Below, piece after piece: positions 29,445 through 37,762 of a stretch of DNA of 64,000 bases. Under the pieces are notes generated by a model, which saw nothing but the letters and a program-made list of their open reading frames with translations, had not been told where the DNA came from and ran no database searches. Position 1 is the stretch's first letter, and the number at the start of each line of letters is the position of its first letter. A program made the position numbers and the translations under genes. The DNA comes from a virus. The DNA lies in the IMG/VR virus record IMGVR_UViG_3300044535_002275, positions 64,001 through 128,000 of that record; one strand, given 5' to 3'.

Positions 29445-29555
29445 TTTAATTTCTCCAAATACTCAGTAGAAACCATTAGTTTCTGCTGCAGTCGCATAAA
29501 TACTTTCATAGTAGAAACACTGAGTCTACTGCCATTTTAACACAAAACTTATATC

Positions 29556-29723
29556 ATGTCAATACTTAACTTACTAGAACGCCTTGCAGAAATGTTCCCT
29601 AACCAGGATTATCACTCACGCATGGAGCGTTATATACGGCTGTGTCGGCCACAATCAGCAGCAGAAGTAGATCATTGCCAGCGGCAATTTGAAAGAAACG
29701 AATTCAGGAGATTGGGATTATGA
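29556..29723 (+). CDS. Small protein MSILNLLERLAEMFP...
   Basis: 55-aa ORF read manually; first of three closely spaced small ORFs after a CATAAATA motif. Confidence 0.5.
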   Translation: MSILNLLERLAEMFPNQDYHSRMERYIRLCRPQSAAEVDHCQRQFERNEFRRLGL

Positions 29724-29812
29724 AAGCATTTTTTAAATCAATATTGAGCAGCATGCAAGACGCAATGGCATTGCGAGCAGAACTATATATTAAAACAAGA
29801 GGATGGGAATAA
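29720..29812 (+). CDS. Small protein MKAFFKSILSSMQDAMALRAELYIKTRGWE
   Basis: ATGA overlap with the previous ORF; AGGAG upstream. Confidence 0.45.
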   Translation: MKAFFKSILSSMQDAMALRAELYIKTRGWE

Positions 29813-29814
29813 TC

Positions 29815-29943
29815 GTGAAAATCTTAAAGAAAATTGCAGCTTTTTTTGAATTTTTTGGCCGAGCAAGATCTGCTGGTATATTGGCAAGACAAGGTCGACG
29901 CCAAGAAGCAATCGACCATATCCAAGGTTCAAGAATCGTTTAA
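29815..29943 (+). CDS. Small protein MKILKKIAAFFEFFGRARSAGILARQGRRQEA...
   Basis: GTG start 2 nt after the previous stop; amphipathic helix. Confidence 0.45.
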   Translation: MKILKKIAAFFEFFGRARSAGILARQGRRQEAIDHIQGSRIV

Positions 29944-29954
29944 CAGTTGAAGTT

Positions 29955-30314
29955 TTAAGACTGTGGTCCGTACTTGTTGTCACCGGGAGTTGGTGGAATA
30001 AAAATTAGAGCAATTGCCACAGCAAATCCCACATAGGGAATAAGATACAAAAATACCCAGCAACCGCTTTGGTCGAAGTCTCTTATACGTTGAGCTGAAA
30101 CAATCATGCTCATTACGTACAAGACAATGAATGCTGGTACCATGATGATGAGGCTAAGTCCGTAAGACAAAAATGCAAAAACGGTACCTACAATGACCAC
30201 TGCAATGGCCAGCGCGATCAATGCCACGTTGGCCAATACATAGCTCTTTCGACCGCGACGTCCTTCAAATTTAAACATGCTACCAAAAAAAGATTGTGCT
30301 TGAGTGTTGTCCAC
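29955..30314 (-). CDS. DUF805 inner-membrane protein
   Basis: FEGRRGRKSY, QRIRDFDQSG, GDNKYGP motifs. Confidence 0.85.
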   Translation of the reverse strand: MDNTQAQSFFGSMFKFEGRRGRKSYVLANVALIALAIAVVIVGTVFAFLSYGLSLIIMVPAFIVLYVMSMIVSAQRIRDFDQSGCWVFLYLIPYVGFAVAIALIFIPPTPGDNKYGPQS

Positions 30315-30391
30315 TGTGGGATCTCCTGATTAAGTTAATATATTTGTATTGTACTGTGTGATATATTACTGATCAACTGCTTTGGTGATAT

Positions 30392-30466
30392 TGGTGCCCC
30401 CACCCGGAATCGAACTGGGATTTGATGATTACAAGTCAACTGTAATAGCCGTTATACTATAGGGGC
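30392..30466 (-). tRNA. tRNA-Thr(TGT)
   Basis: Cloverleaf, loop CTTGTAA, CCA encoded. Confidence 0.92.
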
Positions 30467-30476
30467 GTGAAACTGT

Positions 30477-30683
30477 TTACTCAACTGATTCAACAGCTAC
30501 AACCTGTCCGATGTAGCTTTTTCGACTTTTTACAATCCGAATTCGATTGAGAATTTTTGCTTTAATTTTCTTTTTTCCTTCTTTTTCTAATACAGACTCT
30601 AGTTGACTCACTGTCAATCCACCAAGCCTAATTTTACCAGTTTTGGTTTTGTTTGGATCTCTAACTTGATTACGTTGCGACAT
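30477..30683 (-). CDS. Small basic hypothetical protein
   Basis: AAGGA Shine-Dalgarno; lies between tRNAs. Confidence 0.55.
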   Translation of the reverse strand: MSQRNQVRDPNKTKTGKIRLGGLTVSQLESVLEKEGKKKIKAKILNRIRIVKSRKSYIGQVVAVESVE

Positions 30684-30701
30684 TTTATTCCTTTAAAATT
30701 T

Positions 30702-30789
30702 TGGCGGGTAGTATAGGAGTCGAACCTATCCACCGGTTTCCCAGTGAGGGATTAGCAATCCCTTGCCTTAACCGCTCGGCCAACTACCC
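30702..30789 (-). tRNA. tRNA-Ser(GCT)
   Basis: Long variable arm, loop TTGCTAA, G73. Confidence 0.93.
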
Positions 30790-30801
30790 AATAATCTTAT
30801 T

Positions 30802-30996
30802 TTATAGCAAATCTTTTAAATTTGCAATCTGCGCTGGACTCAAAACCAATTCGAACTGTGTCTGCACACTTCCGTCTCTACGAGCATGATCCCATTCTGT
30901 TAGGAATCTAATTTGTTTGTGTCCTGCTGGTTTAGCTATGTCTCTGATTTCTAAAATAGTTCGAAATCCGTCGTTGTCATTAATAACTGTTTTCAT
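30802..30996 (-). CDS. Hypothetical protein
   Basis: AGGA Shine-Dalgarno. Confidence 0.5.
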   Translation of the reverse strand: MKTVINDNDGFRTILEIRDIAKPAGHKQIRFLTEWDHARRDGSVQTQFELVLSPAQIANLKDLL

Positions 30997-31003
30997 TTTA
31001 ATC

Positions 31004-31453
31004 CTAAGTATTTGCGTCTGTAAATAATTTAGTAAATTCTGGATCCTTGCTAAAGACTCGCACAGATGATGACAAACGAGCTACTAAATGTATTCCAGTT
31101 TCGGAATGTTCTTGGCACCATTCAAACACTTGGTCTTTCACGGGACGATTGGATAGTACCAACAACACATACCGATAGTTTTCAATCGATCTGTTTACTA
31201 AAATAACACCTGACTGATCCGGGCGCATCCATTCGGGTACACGGGTGTTTATTTTCCAGTGACATTTGAATGTTTGGCAGGGCGTTTCTGGTCGGATCAT
31301 GTAGATACCGCAACCTGATTGATTCAAGTAATGACAAGGTTTTCCGGGATAAAATTCGTGTCCGTATGCTTCGCCAGTTAACCAACCTTCACAACACATG
31401 CGGCAACTGCTGCAGGCTCGGTCTACGGACTTTTTACTAAGTATCGGTATCAT
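31004..31453 (-). CDS. YkgJ-like cysteine-cluster protein
   Basis: CxxCxxCC...PCxxL...CxIYxxRPxxPCxxFxC. Confidence 0.7.
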   Translation of the reverse strand: MIPILSKKSVDRACSSCRMCCEGWLTGEAYGHEFYPGKPCHYLNQSGCGIYMIRPETPCQTFKCHWKINTRVPEWMRPDQSGVILVNRSIENYRYVLLVLSNRPVKDQVFEWCQEHSETGIHLVARLSSSVRVFSKDPEFTKLFTDANT

Positions 31454-31494
31454 CCATTAATTATGCAAAATATATCAGGATGGTAAAATAAAAT

Positions 31495-31571
31495 TGGATG
31501 CAGGGGCTGGATTCGAACCAGCGACCTCCAGGTTATGAGCCTAGCGGGATGACCAACTTCCCTACCCTGCG
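31495..31571 (-). tRNA. tRNA-Met(CAT), initiator-like
   Basis: C1:A72 mismatch, loop CTCATAA; anticodon stem has AGG/CCT rather than GGG/CCC. Confidence 0.9.
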
Positions 31572-31581
31572 ATTGATTGTT

Positions 31582-31785
31582 CAATGGCCACTTGCGTCCC
31601 CGCTAGCCCCATTCTGAGTTGTCTACCCTGTCGATCCATTTATTTTTCTGGACAGGTTGGCTCCTGCCCTACGGTGTTTTCAAGACGCGGCGGTAATGCC
31701 GCCTTGAGGACTGACCGTATGTACCCTGCTGGTATGGCTGCAGCAATCGCCCCCTATACTTACGAGTAGGGATCCCGGGATTCTA
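31582..31785 (-). ncRNA. Candidate structured ncRNA (about 200 nt), family unknown
   Basis: GC-rich spacer between tRNAs with at least five hairpins or multiloops and no credible ORF. Confidence 0.6.
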
Positions 31786-31790
31786 AAAGT

Positions 31791-31868
31791 TGGCGACTCG
31801 GACGGGATTCGAACCCGTGATCTCTTGCGTGACAGGCAAGCGTATTAGGCCAACTATACTACCGAGCC
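31791..31868 (-). tRNA. tRNA-Asp(GTC)
   Basis: Cloverleaf, loop CTGTCAC, G73. Confidence 0.93.
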
Positions 31869-31872
31869 AATT

Positions 31873-31956
31873 TGGTGGAGGTGGTAGGGATCGAACCTAC
31901 CTGGCGTTAGCCCACGAATTTACAGTCCGCTGTCCCACCGTTGGAACATCACCTCC
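31873..31956 (-). tRNA. tRNA-Tyr(GTA)
   Basis: Loop CTGTAAA, variable arm, atypical D arm. Confidence 0.9.
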
Positions 31957-31986
31957 AAAAACTTTTGTGTTGCTATTATAGCAACG

Positions 31987-32150
31987 CCATATTGAAGCAC
32001 ACTGACTTCCACGGGATGACATCAGACGAATCTGCAACTTCCCCTTCAACGACAGTATCAGAGGGTGGAGTCGAACCACCACAGCGTGCTTCAATATGGC
32101 TCCCCAATCTTGTCACAGTTGTGTGCTACTATCAACTGAGCTATTGGAGA
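31987..32150 (-). ncRNA. Rearranged tRNA-like element: T-arm-less mini-tRNA followed by a long hairpin containing a T-arm
   Basis: TCTCCAA/TTGGGGA-G-CCA acceptor plus D arm (32150-32097); then GCCATATTGAAGCAC/GTGCTTCAATATGGC stem enclosing GGTGG-TTCGACT-CCACC. Confidence 0.5.
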
Positions 32151-32229
32151 ATAGTTTGTTTTTAAAGAAAACAAATTACTTACTGTAGTACTATTATAAC
32201 AAAAGTTGATTAACGTGTCAACTGTGTTG

Positions 32230-32652
32230 TTACATGATTTCTTTGTACAAAGAACCGTTGTATTTTCTCAACGCCTGATCAACATCTTGCTTCAGTAAAG
32301 CAACAACCTCGTCGGCAGATGAATAAATTAACCCTGCTTCTTCCAACGCAGATCGACGTAGCAATTCGCTAGCCTGAGTCCATCCCCAGACCGCACTGTC
32401 GGATCCAAATGCCAACTTAGGCCATCTTGTTTCAATCCAGCTCGACAGATGTTTTAATGCTGTTATAGTATTGGCCGGATGACTGCGAGAAATAGCAGAA
32501 AACCAATCGTTACTTAAAAGAGAAGAAAAAAAAGAACCAGGCTCTAGGCCGTGGATCAAATAACGATACATGGGACTGTAATATTCTGGCTCAACCTCCC
32601 ACTCACTAGCACTTTTTGCCAGCAGTAACTTTGAGTGTATTGTTAGGTTCAT
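32230..32652 (-). CDS. Hypothetical protein
   Basis: YLIHGLEPGSFFSSLLSND phage-type segment. Confidence 0.6.
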   Translation of the reverse strand: MNLTIHSKLLLAKSASEWEVEPEYYSPMYRYLIHGLEPGSFFSSLLSNDWFSAISRSHPANTITALKHLSSWIETRWPKLAFGSDSAVWGWTQASELLRRSALEEAGLIYSSADEVVALLKQDVDQALRKYNGSLYKEIM

Positions 32653-32665
32653 GGTATCAAAAATG

Positions 32666-32740
32666 TGGTACTCCGTAGGGGAGTCGAACCCCTCTTGCAG
32701 GAATGAAAATCCTGAGTCCTAACCGATAGACGAACGGAGC
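32666..32740 (-). tRNA. tRNA-Glu(TTC)
   Basis: Cloverleaf, loop TTTTCAT. Confidence 0.93.
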
Positions 32741-32746
32741 ATTAAG

Positions 32747-32820
32747 TGGAGCAGGGTAAGAGAATCGAACTCTCCGCATCAGCTTGGAAGGCTGAGGTAT
32801 TACCACTATACGAACCCTGC
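32747..32820 (-). tRNA. tRNA-Gly(TCC)
   Basis: Cloverleaf, loop CTTCCAA, U73; promoter TTGACA-17-TATAAT at 32869-32841. Confidence 0.93.
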
Positions 32821-32911
32821 TTGTTAATTACTATACTGCTATTATAACAACGGACTATTTAGTTGTCAATGATTTTCGATGCCTGTTGCATTTCTACAAC
32901 TAAATATTTCT

Positions 32912-33730
32912 ATGATAATATTATTTGGATGCAGTTGGGCAAGAAATGCCTGGGCACACACCAGTCAAGAATCTACATATGGTTATAAGCACTGGAGACT
33001 GCCTGATACCTGGGCAATAAATTCTCCCAACTGGTTGAATTCTTTTTTTACCAAAGACACAGTGGTAAATTTTGCTAGATACGCTAATACCAATGATTGG
33101 ATGATTAGAGATCTTTATCACGCTACCAACACTGTATCAAACTTTCCTGATCGAGTGGATTTCTTAGTGTTTCAAACAGATCCCTTGCGCATATTCGCTC
33201 CCAGACAAGACTACAATGATTACAACATTGTTTGGCCTAATTTTGTAGCTTGGGCCGAAAAGAAACAGTTTGATTGGCAAACTCGCTCATTTGATGATAT
33301 GCTGGAAGTCATTTATAGAGATTATTATCAAAACTTAGTAAGTTTTCAAAGTTCCAGTCAGTATATGAATCCCGGAAAAGATATAAATCTTTGGTTAGTA
33401 GGCGGTGTCAGTCGTGTGCATCCGTGTATCAAGGATTTTGATCTTTGTACAATCATCGATAGCTTAACTGGATTTTTTGGATTTGCCAACGACTGTTGCC
33501 TTGAGAATCGTGCTAGTCTTATTAGCCTCACAAAATTTTGGGGAGATAAGCTAACTGATCCGGCAAAAAAACATGCACTTCGGGAAGCATGGAAACACTA
33601 CGATGACTTATTACAACAGAAGGAAGATTTTTGGGTCGAAAATCAGGAACTCTTTGCTGGCCGGCATACAACCGAAAAAGCCATGCAACAAATCGCCAAA
33701 CACATAGAATCTCAAATAGGATTGGGGTGA
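32912..33730 (+). CDS. SGNH-like hypothetical protein
   Basis: N-terminal LFGCSW block; late CTAAATA motif just upstream. Confidence 0.55.
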   Translation: MIILFGCSWARNAWAHTSQESTYGYKHWRLPDTWAINSPNWLNSFFTKDTVVNFARYANTNDWMIRDLYHATNTVSNFPDRVDFLVFQTDPLRIFAPRQDYNDYNIVWPNFVAWAEKKQFDWQTRSFDDMLEVIYRDYYQNLVSFQSSSQYMNPGKDINLWLVGGVSRVHPCIKDFDLCTIIDSLTGFFGFANDCCLENRASLISLTKFWGDKLTDPAKKHALREAWKHYDDLLQQKEDFWVENQELFAGRHTTEKAMQQIAKHIESQIGLG

Positions 33731-33797
33731 CTAACGGGGTTCGAACCCGTGACGACAGATCCACAATCTGTAGTGTTGCCGCTACACTATAGTCACC
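33723..33797 (-). tRNA. tRNA-His(GTG)
   Basis: G-1 and C73, loop TTGTGGA. Confidence 0.93.
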
Positions 33798-33883
33798 ACT
33801 ATAAAACTAACTAACTTTTCTTTAGTTGAAATCTGCAGCTCTAAATCCATAAATACGTGACAACTATTTTTACAGGAGCTGTT

Positions 33884-34336
33884 ATGTCGAATAAAGACTA
33901 CAAAGAAATGAGTGCAAGCGAAAAGAAAAAAGAAGATTGGATGAATTCAAAATGGCGTCCAATGATGGGTTGGATGTACATGGCAGTGTGTATGGCTGAC
34001 TTTGTGCTGTTTCCAGTTCTCTGGAGCCTAGTACAAGCAGCACACGGCGGTAGCGTACAAACACAGTGGAACCCAATTACACTACAAGGCGCAGGCCTGT
34101 TCCACATGGCCATGGGTGCTATTTTGGGTATTGCAGCATTTGGTCGTACACAAGAAAAGATGGCCGGTGCTAACAATGGCGGAATTGCTGCAGCACCTGC
34201 AGCCAGTTCGTTCTCTGCACCACCAGCAACCAGTTTTAGCGCACCTACCCCTACCCCAGCACCTGCCAGTTTCAACAGCGGCGGAATTGCAGCAGGTAAA
34301 GCTCGCCCGGCTGAATTTGAGCATCCGGCAATTTAA
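33884..34336 (+). CDS. Holin-like membrane protein
   Basis: WRPMMGW and GIAAFGRTQEK motifs with TM segments; first gene of lysis cassette; late promoter CATAAATA. Confidence 0.7.
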   Translation: MSNKDYKEMSASEKKKEDWMNSKWRPMMGWMYMAVCMADFVLFPVLWSLVQAAHGGSVQTQWNPITLQGAGLFHMAMGAILGIAAFGRTQEKMAGANNGGIAAAPAASSFSAPPATSFSAPTPTPAPASFNSGGIAAGKARPAEFEHPAI

Positions 34337-34349
34337 TAAGGAAAACAAA

Positions 34350-34577
34350 ATGAAATTAATATACTCAACTATTTTAGCACTGAGCCTTGTTGCCGGTGTT
34401 CACGCACAAGACACCAAACCTGCTGCGAACAAAGGCGAAAAGAAAGAAGTCTGCACCGACGTCAAAGACAAGGCTGGTGCTGTGGTCAAGAACAAAGACG
34501 GCACGGTCAAACAAACTTGCAAAACCATCACTGTGCGTAAGAAGTACGAAGGTACTGCAGTTCCCGACAAAAAATAA
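34350..34577 (+). CDS. Small secreted basic protein with a Cys pair
   Basis: Signal peptide; AAGGA Shine-Dalgarno. Confidence 0.6.
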   Translation: MKLIYSTILALSLVAGVHAQDTKPAANKGEKKEVCTDVKDKAGAVVKNKDGTVKQTCKTITVRKKYEGTAVPDKK

Positions 34578-34587
34578 GGAGTACTAG

Positions 34588-35442
34588 ATGGCTTTTAATT
34601 TTAATTTTACTCAACAACAACTAGCGCAGTTAATTCCCGGCAACCCTTACGTAGCACAATGGTATTCTGCACTGAACATGATCTTGCCTGACTACGGAAT
34701 TGATACTGTGCCACGTGTAGCAGCGTTTGTTGCTCAATGTGCGCACGAAAGTGCCAACTTCAAGTTCTTGAAAGAAAACTTGAACTACAAGGCCGAAAGC
34801 CTGATGCGAGTCTGGCCCAGTCGTTTCCCTTCGATAGATGTTGCTCGTCAATATGCCATGCAGCCAGAAAAGATTGCCAATAAGGTCTATGGTGGCCGCA
34901 TGGGCAATGGCACAGAAGAAACCGGTGACGGATGGCGTTACGCCGGCAAAGGTCTTATTCAGTTGACTGGCAAGGACAACTACACACGCTTTGCTGAAAG
35001 TATTGACACCCCAGTGGAAGAAATTCCTGAATACCTACAGACATTTGAAGGTGCTGTGCAAAGTGCCTGTTGGTTCTGGGAAGTCAACAATTTAAATCAG
35101 TGGGCCGATGCCGGCGATATACTAACCTTGACCAAACGCATCAACGGTGGTGTCATTGGCCTGGAAGATCGCAAAAAGCACTATGCACATGCTTTGCATG
35201 TGTTGGGTGGCGATTCAGCACACCATGTTGCAGAAAGTTCTGCCGCTGTCAACACTGCTCAAGTTCTACGACGCGGCAGTCGTGGGGACACTGTGGCTGC
35301 CATGCAGATCAAACTGGGATTGAGCGGAGACGGTGACTTTGGTCCAGCAACAGAACGTGCTCTAATGGGTTGGCAGCGTGAAAACGGATTAGAACCCGAC
35401 GGCGTTGCTGGTCCCGCGACACTAGCCAAATTGTTGGCCTAA
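34588..35442 (+). CDS. GH19 endolysin with C-terminal peptidoglycan-binding domain
   Basis: AQCAHES, ENLNY, GKGLIQLTGKDNY, TKRINGG; DGDFGPATERA...DGVAGPAT PG-binding motif. Confidence 0.93.
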   Translation: MAFNFNFTQQQLAQLIPGNPYVAQWYSALNMILPDYGIDTVPRVAAFVAQCAHESANFKFLKENLNYKAESLMRVWPSRFPSIDVARQYAMQPEKIANKVYGGRMGNGTEETGDGWRYAGKGLIQLTGKDNYTRFAESIDTPVEEIPEYLQTFEGAVQSACWFWEVNNLNQWADAGDILTLTKRINGGVIGLEDRKKHYAHALHVLGGDSAHHVAESSAAVNTAQVLRRGSRGDTVAAMQIKLGLSGDGDFGPATERALMGWQRENGLEPDGVAGPATLAKLLA

Positions 35443-35446
35443 CATC

Positions 35447-35887
35447 ATGTGGCAAATCATGTGGATGCTGGGGTTGATACCAGCCTGGCTATGGCACGTA
35501 TTACTGGGAGTTTCCCTGGTGACCATAGCTGCCACATATTTTCTACGCATGATTCCATTCTTTGGCACAAACGCAATTCAGTTGCGTTTTGTTGCTACAC
35601 TGATATTGATTTTTACTGTCTGGATGGAAGGCGGCATAGCCAACGAAGCCAAGTGGCAACAACGTATTCAAGACTTGGAAGCCCGAGTAGCTGCTGCTGA
35701 AAAGCAGGCTGCTGAAACCAATACCAAAATTGAAACAGTTTATGTTGATCGAGTTCAAGTGGTCAAAGAAATACAATATGTAGTTCGCAAAGATATTGAA
35801 CGTGCTGCTACCGAACTGGATGCCAACTGTCGTGTTTCGCCTCGTGCTATTGAACTATTAAATCAAGCCACAGGTGTTAAGAAATGA
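35447..35887 (+). CDS. Inner-membrane spanin (Rz-like)
   Basis: TM segments plus coiled coil, downstream of endolysin. Confidence 0.65.
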   Translation: MWQIMWMLGLIPAWLWHVLLGVSLVTIAATYFLRMIPFFGTNAIQLRFVATLILIFTVWMEGGIANEAKWQQRIQDLEARVAAAEKQAAETNTKIETVYVDRVQVVKEIQYVVRKDIERAATELDANCRVSPRAIELLNQATGVKK

Positions 35888-36141
35888 AATTTATTGTCAT
35901 TGCTGTTTTACTAGTATTGACTGGTTGTGTTGCTCCGGTCAAACGAGAATTCCCTGTTATTCCACCCAGCTTGGAAAAGCCCTGTGGTAATTTATTAGAT
36001 GTTCCAACCACTACCCGACTCAGTAAAGTTCTTGAAGTAGTTACCGAAAACTATGCATTATATCGAGAGTGTCAGATCAAAAATGAAACTTGGCTAGATT
36101 GGTATCAAAAACAAAAGAAGATATTTGATAGTGTAAAATAA
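35884..36141 (+). CDS. Outer-membrane spanin lipoprotein (Rz1-like)
   Basis: Lipobox LTGC, Pro-rich, follows Rz-like gene. Confidence 0.7.
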   Translation: MKFIVIAVLLVLTGCVAPVKREFPVIPPSLEKPCGNLLDVPTTTRLSKVLEVVTENYALYRECQIKNETWLDWYQKQKKIFDSVK

Positions 36142-36142
36142 T

Positions 36143-36218
36143 TGGTGCGCAGTGACGGGCTCGAACCGCCGACATTCTGCGTGTAAAGCAGACACTCTAC
36201 CAACTGAGCTAACCGCGC
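36143..36218 (-). tRNA. tRNA-Val(TAC)
   Basis: Cloverleaf, loop TTTACAC. Confidence 0.93.
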
Positions 36219-36224
36219 CGTATT

Positions 36225-36308
36225 TGGTGCTCCAGGTCGGACTCGAACCGACACGCCTTTCGGCACTAGTTCCTAAGACTAGCGTGGCTACCATTACACC
36301 ACCGGAGC
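36225..36308 (-). tRNA. tRNA-Leu(TAG)
   Basis: Variable arm GCC-GAAA-GGC, loop CTTAGGA. Confidence 0.93.
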
Positions 36309-36338
36309 TTTATAAATATAACTCTTAGAGGAATACTT

Positions 36339-36779
36339 ATGAAAAAATTATTACTTGCATTACTATTTGTACCTGCGATTGCTGTATCTCAAACACCAAA
36401 AGAACCTGTGGGCGTCACATACGATGCTCAAATCATCCGCGTCAGCGACGGCGATACCATTGTGATTGCTGCTGCATTTTTGCCACCGCCCTTGAAGCCT
36501 GAGCTAGCTGTGCGTATCTACGGAGTTGACACTCCGGAAAAAGGACACAGAGCACAATGTCCTCAAGAAGCAGCACGAGCCGAACAAGCATCGGCTTGGA
36601 CCAAACAGCTGATTGCCAGCAGCACCAAGCGTCAAGTGATCTTATACAAGTGGGACAAGTTCGGCGGTCGTGTGATCGGCGACATCATCGTCAACGGTCA
36701 AAGTGTGCGTCGCGGACTTATTGCTAATGGTTTTGCCAGAGAATACTACGGCGAAGCAAAAACCAGCTGGTGTAACTAA
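36339..36779 (+). CDS. Secreted thermonuclease (SNase family)
   Basis: Signal peptide; RVSDGDT, RIYGVDTPE, DKFGGRV; TATAAATA late promoter at about 36311. Confidence 0.9.
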   Translation: MKKLLLALLFVPAIAVSQTPKEPVGVTYDAQIIRVSDGDTIVIAAAFLPPPLKPELAVRIYGVDTPEKGHRAQCPQEAARAEQASAWTKQLIASSTKRQVILYKWDKFGGRVIGDIIVNGQSVRRGLIANGFAREYYGEAKTSWCN

Positions 36780-37003
36780 TCTCTACGCATCTTCCAAGTG
36801 TAGTTTTCTCCGCTTGGAAGACGTCCATCTTTAACACTGTCAACACCCATGGCACCAACTTGGTTGGCATTTTCTCCAACCATAGCAACATAAGCTCGAC
36901 CTTGAGTGCGTAGACGATTGGCTTGTGTCAAGGCTTCGACCATTTCTGCATAATCTTCGCTGCATGCTGTTCCGTTAGGATCAGTCCAATAAACTTTGTA
37001 CAT
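36776..37003 (-). CDS. Hypothetical protein (start MYKVYW)
   Basis: Start placed outside tRNA-Phe. Confidence 0.55.
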   Translation of the reverse strand: MYKVYWTDPNGTACSEDYAEMVEALTQANRLRTQGRAYVAMVGENANQVGAMGVDSVKDGRLPSGENYTWKMRRD

Positions 37004-37018
37004 TACTTTCTCTTTATC

Positions 37019-37094
37019 TGGTGCCGACCCCCGGTTACGATCCGGATTCTCCAATTCTTCAGACTGGCGTGAGGACCACCTTCACCTGATCGGC
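37019..37094 (-). tRNA. tRNA-Phe(GAA), non-canonical (A8, T-loop ATCGTAA)
   Basis: Cloverleaf, loop CTGAAGA, CCA. Confidence 0.85.
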
Positions 37095-37102
37095 ATTAAT
37101 AT

Positions 37103-37192
37103 TGGCGGAAGTGGTAGGATTCGAACCCACGGTGCGTTTCCACACTTCAGTTTTCAAGACTGCTGCCTTAAGCCAGACTCAGCCACACTTCC
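37103..37192 (-). tRNA. tRNA-Ser(TGA)
   Basis: Long variable arm, loop CTTGAAA, G73. Confidence 0.93.
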
Positions 37193-37200
37193 TTTAAGGG

Positions 37201-37314
37201 TGAACAAAGATATCCTCACTGCCACGACCAGATTTCCTTCGGCAGGGGTACGCCACTAGGCGGTTAGTAAAGATAACCCGTGTGCATTTAACACTGCTCG
37301 GATATCTTCGTTCA
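37201..37314 (-). ncRNA. Candidate structured ncRNA (about 115 nt), family unknown
   Basis: 15-bp closing stem TGAACGAAGATATCC/GGATATCTTTGTTCA with four internal hairpins. Confidence 0.6.
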
Positions 37315-37319
37315 TTGGT

Positions 37320-37395
37320 TGGTGGTGAGAGAGGGACTTGAACCCCCGACCTTGCGAATATGAATCGCCTGCTCTACCAACTAAGCTATATCACC
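37320..37395 (-). tRNA. tRNA-Met(CAT), elongator-like
   Basis: Cloverleaf, loop TTCATAT; Met versus Ile2 not certain. Confidence 0.85.
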
Positions 37396-37560
37396 ATATT
37401 GAAACGTACTCTGACAAAATCCGGTAAGATTATGCGTTGATCGATCTACTTGAATACGTTTCACTATAATGACATTGATGAAATGCTTAATAAGAAAGAA
37501 GCATACCTTAATCTTGGTTATAAGTTTCATTTACAGCTGGATCATAAATTATTAGAAAAC

Positions 37561-37636
37561 TGGTAGGGGCACTGGGGTACGATCCCAGAAAGCGACATTA
37601 AAAGTGTCATATGATATCCATTTTCATCATACCCCC
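37561..37636 (-). tRNA. tRNA-Lys(TTT), non-canonical T-loop ATCGTAC
   Basis: Cloverleaf, loop CTTTTAA, CCA. Confidence 0.85.
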
Positions 37637-37762
37637 ACTGTCTTTAATCTTTACTTCTCTACGCAAGGCCTTGTTGCTCTTGCGGTGACTTCCTGCCCCT
37701 GTCTTTTGTAGTACCAGGCAAACGAAGGGGTTACGTTTGGGTACGGTCAGTTTAGACTTCAT
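37607..37762 (-). CDS. Small basic protein MKSKLTVPKRNPFV...GAGSHRKSNKALRR; stop codon lies inside tRNA-Lys
   Basis: AAGGAG Shine-Dalgarno at 37773-37768; 51-aa ORF read manually. Confidence 0.6.
   Translation of the reverse strand: MKSKLTVPKRNPFVCLVLQKTGAGSHRKSNKALRREVKIKDSGGMMKMDII

Noticed and set aside
31582-31785. RNase P RNA or group I/II intron identity for the 200-nt RNA
   Set aside because: No GAGGAAAGUCC or AGAACCCGGCUUA P4 motifs, no intron core motifs recognised, and flanking tRNAs are uninterrupted
37215-37250. GCCGAAGG as a glycine riboswitch core
   Set aside because: Other conserved elements (GGAGA, CUCUCAGG) are absent and no CDS follows
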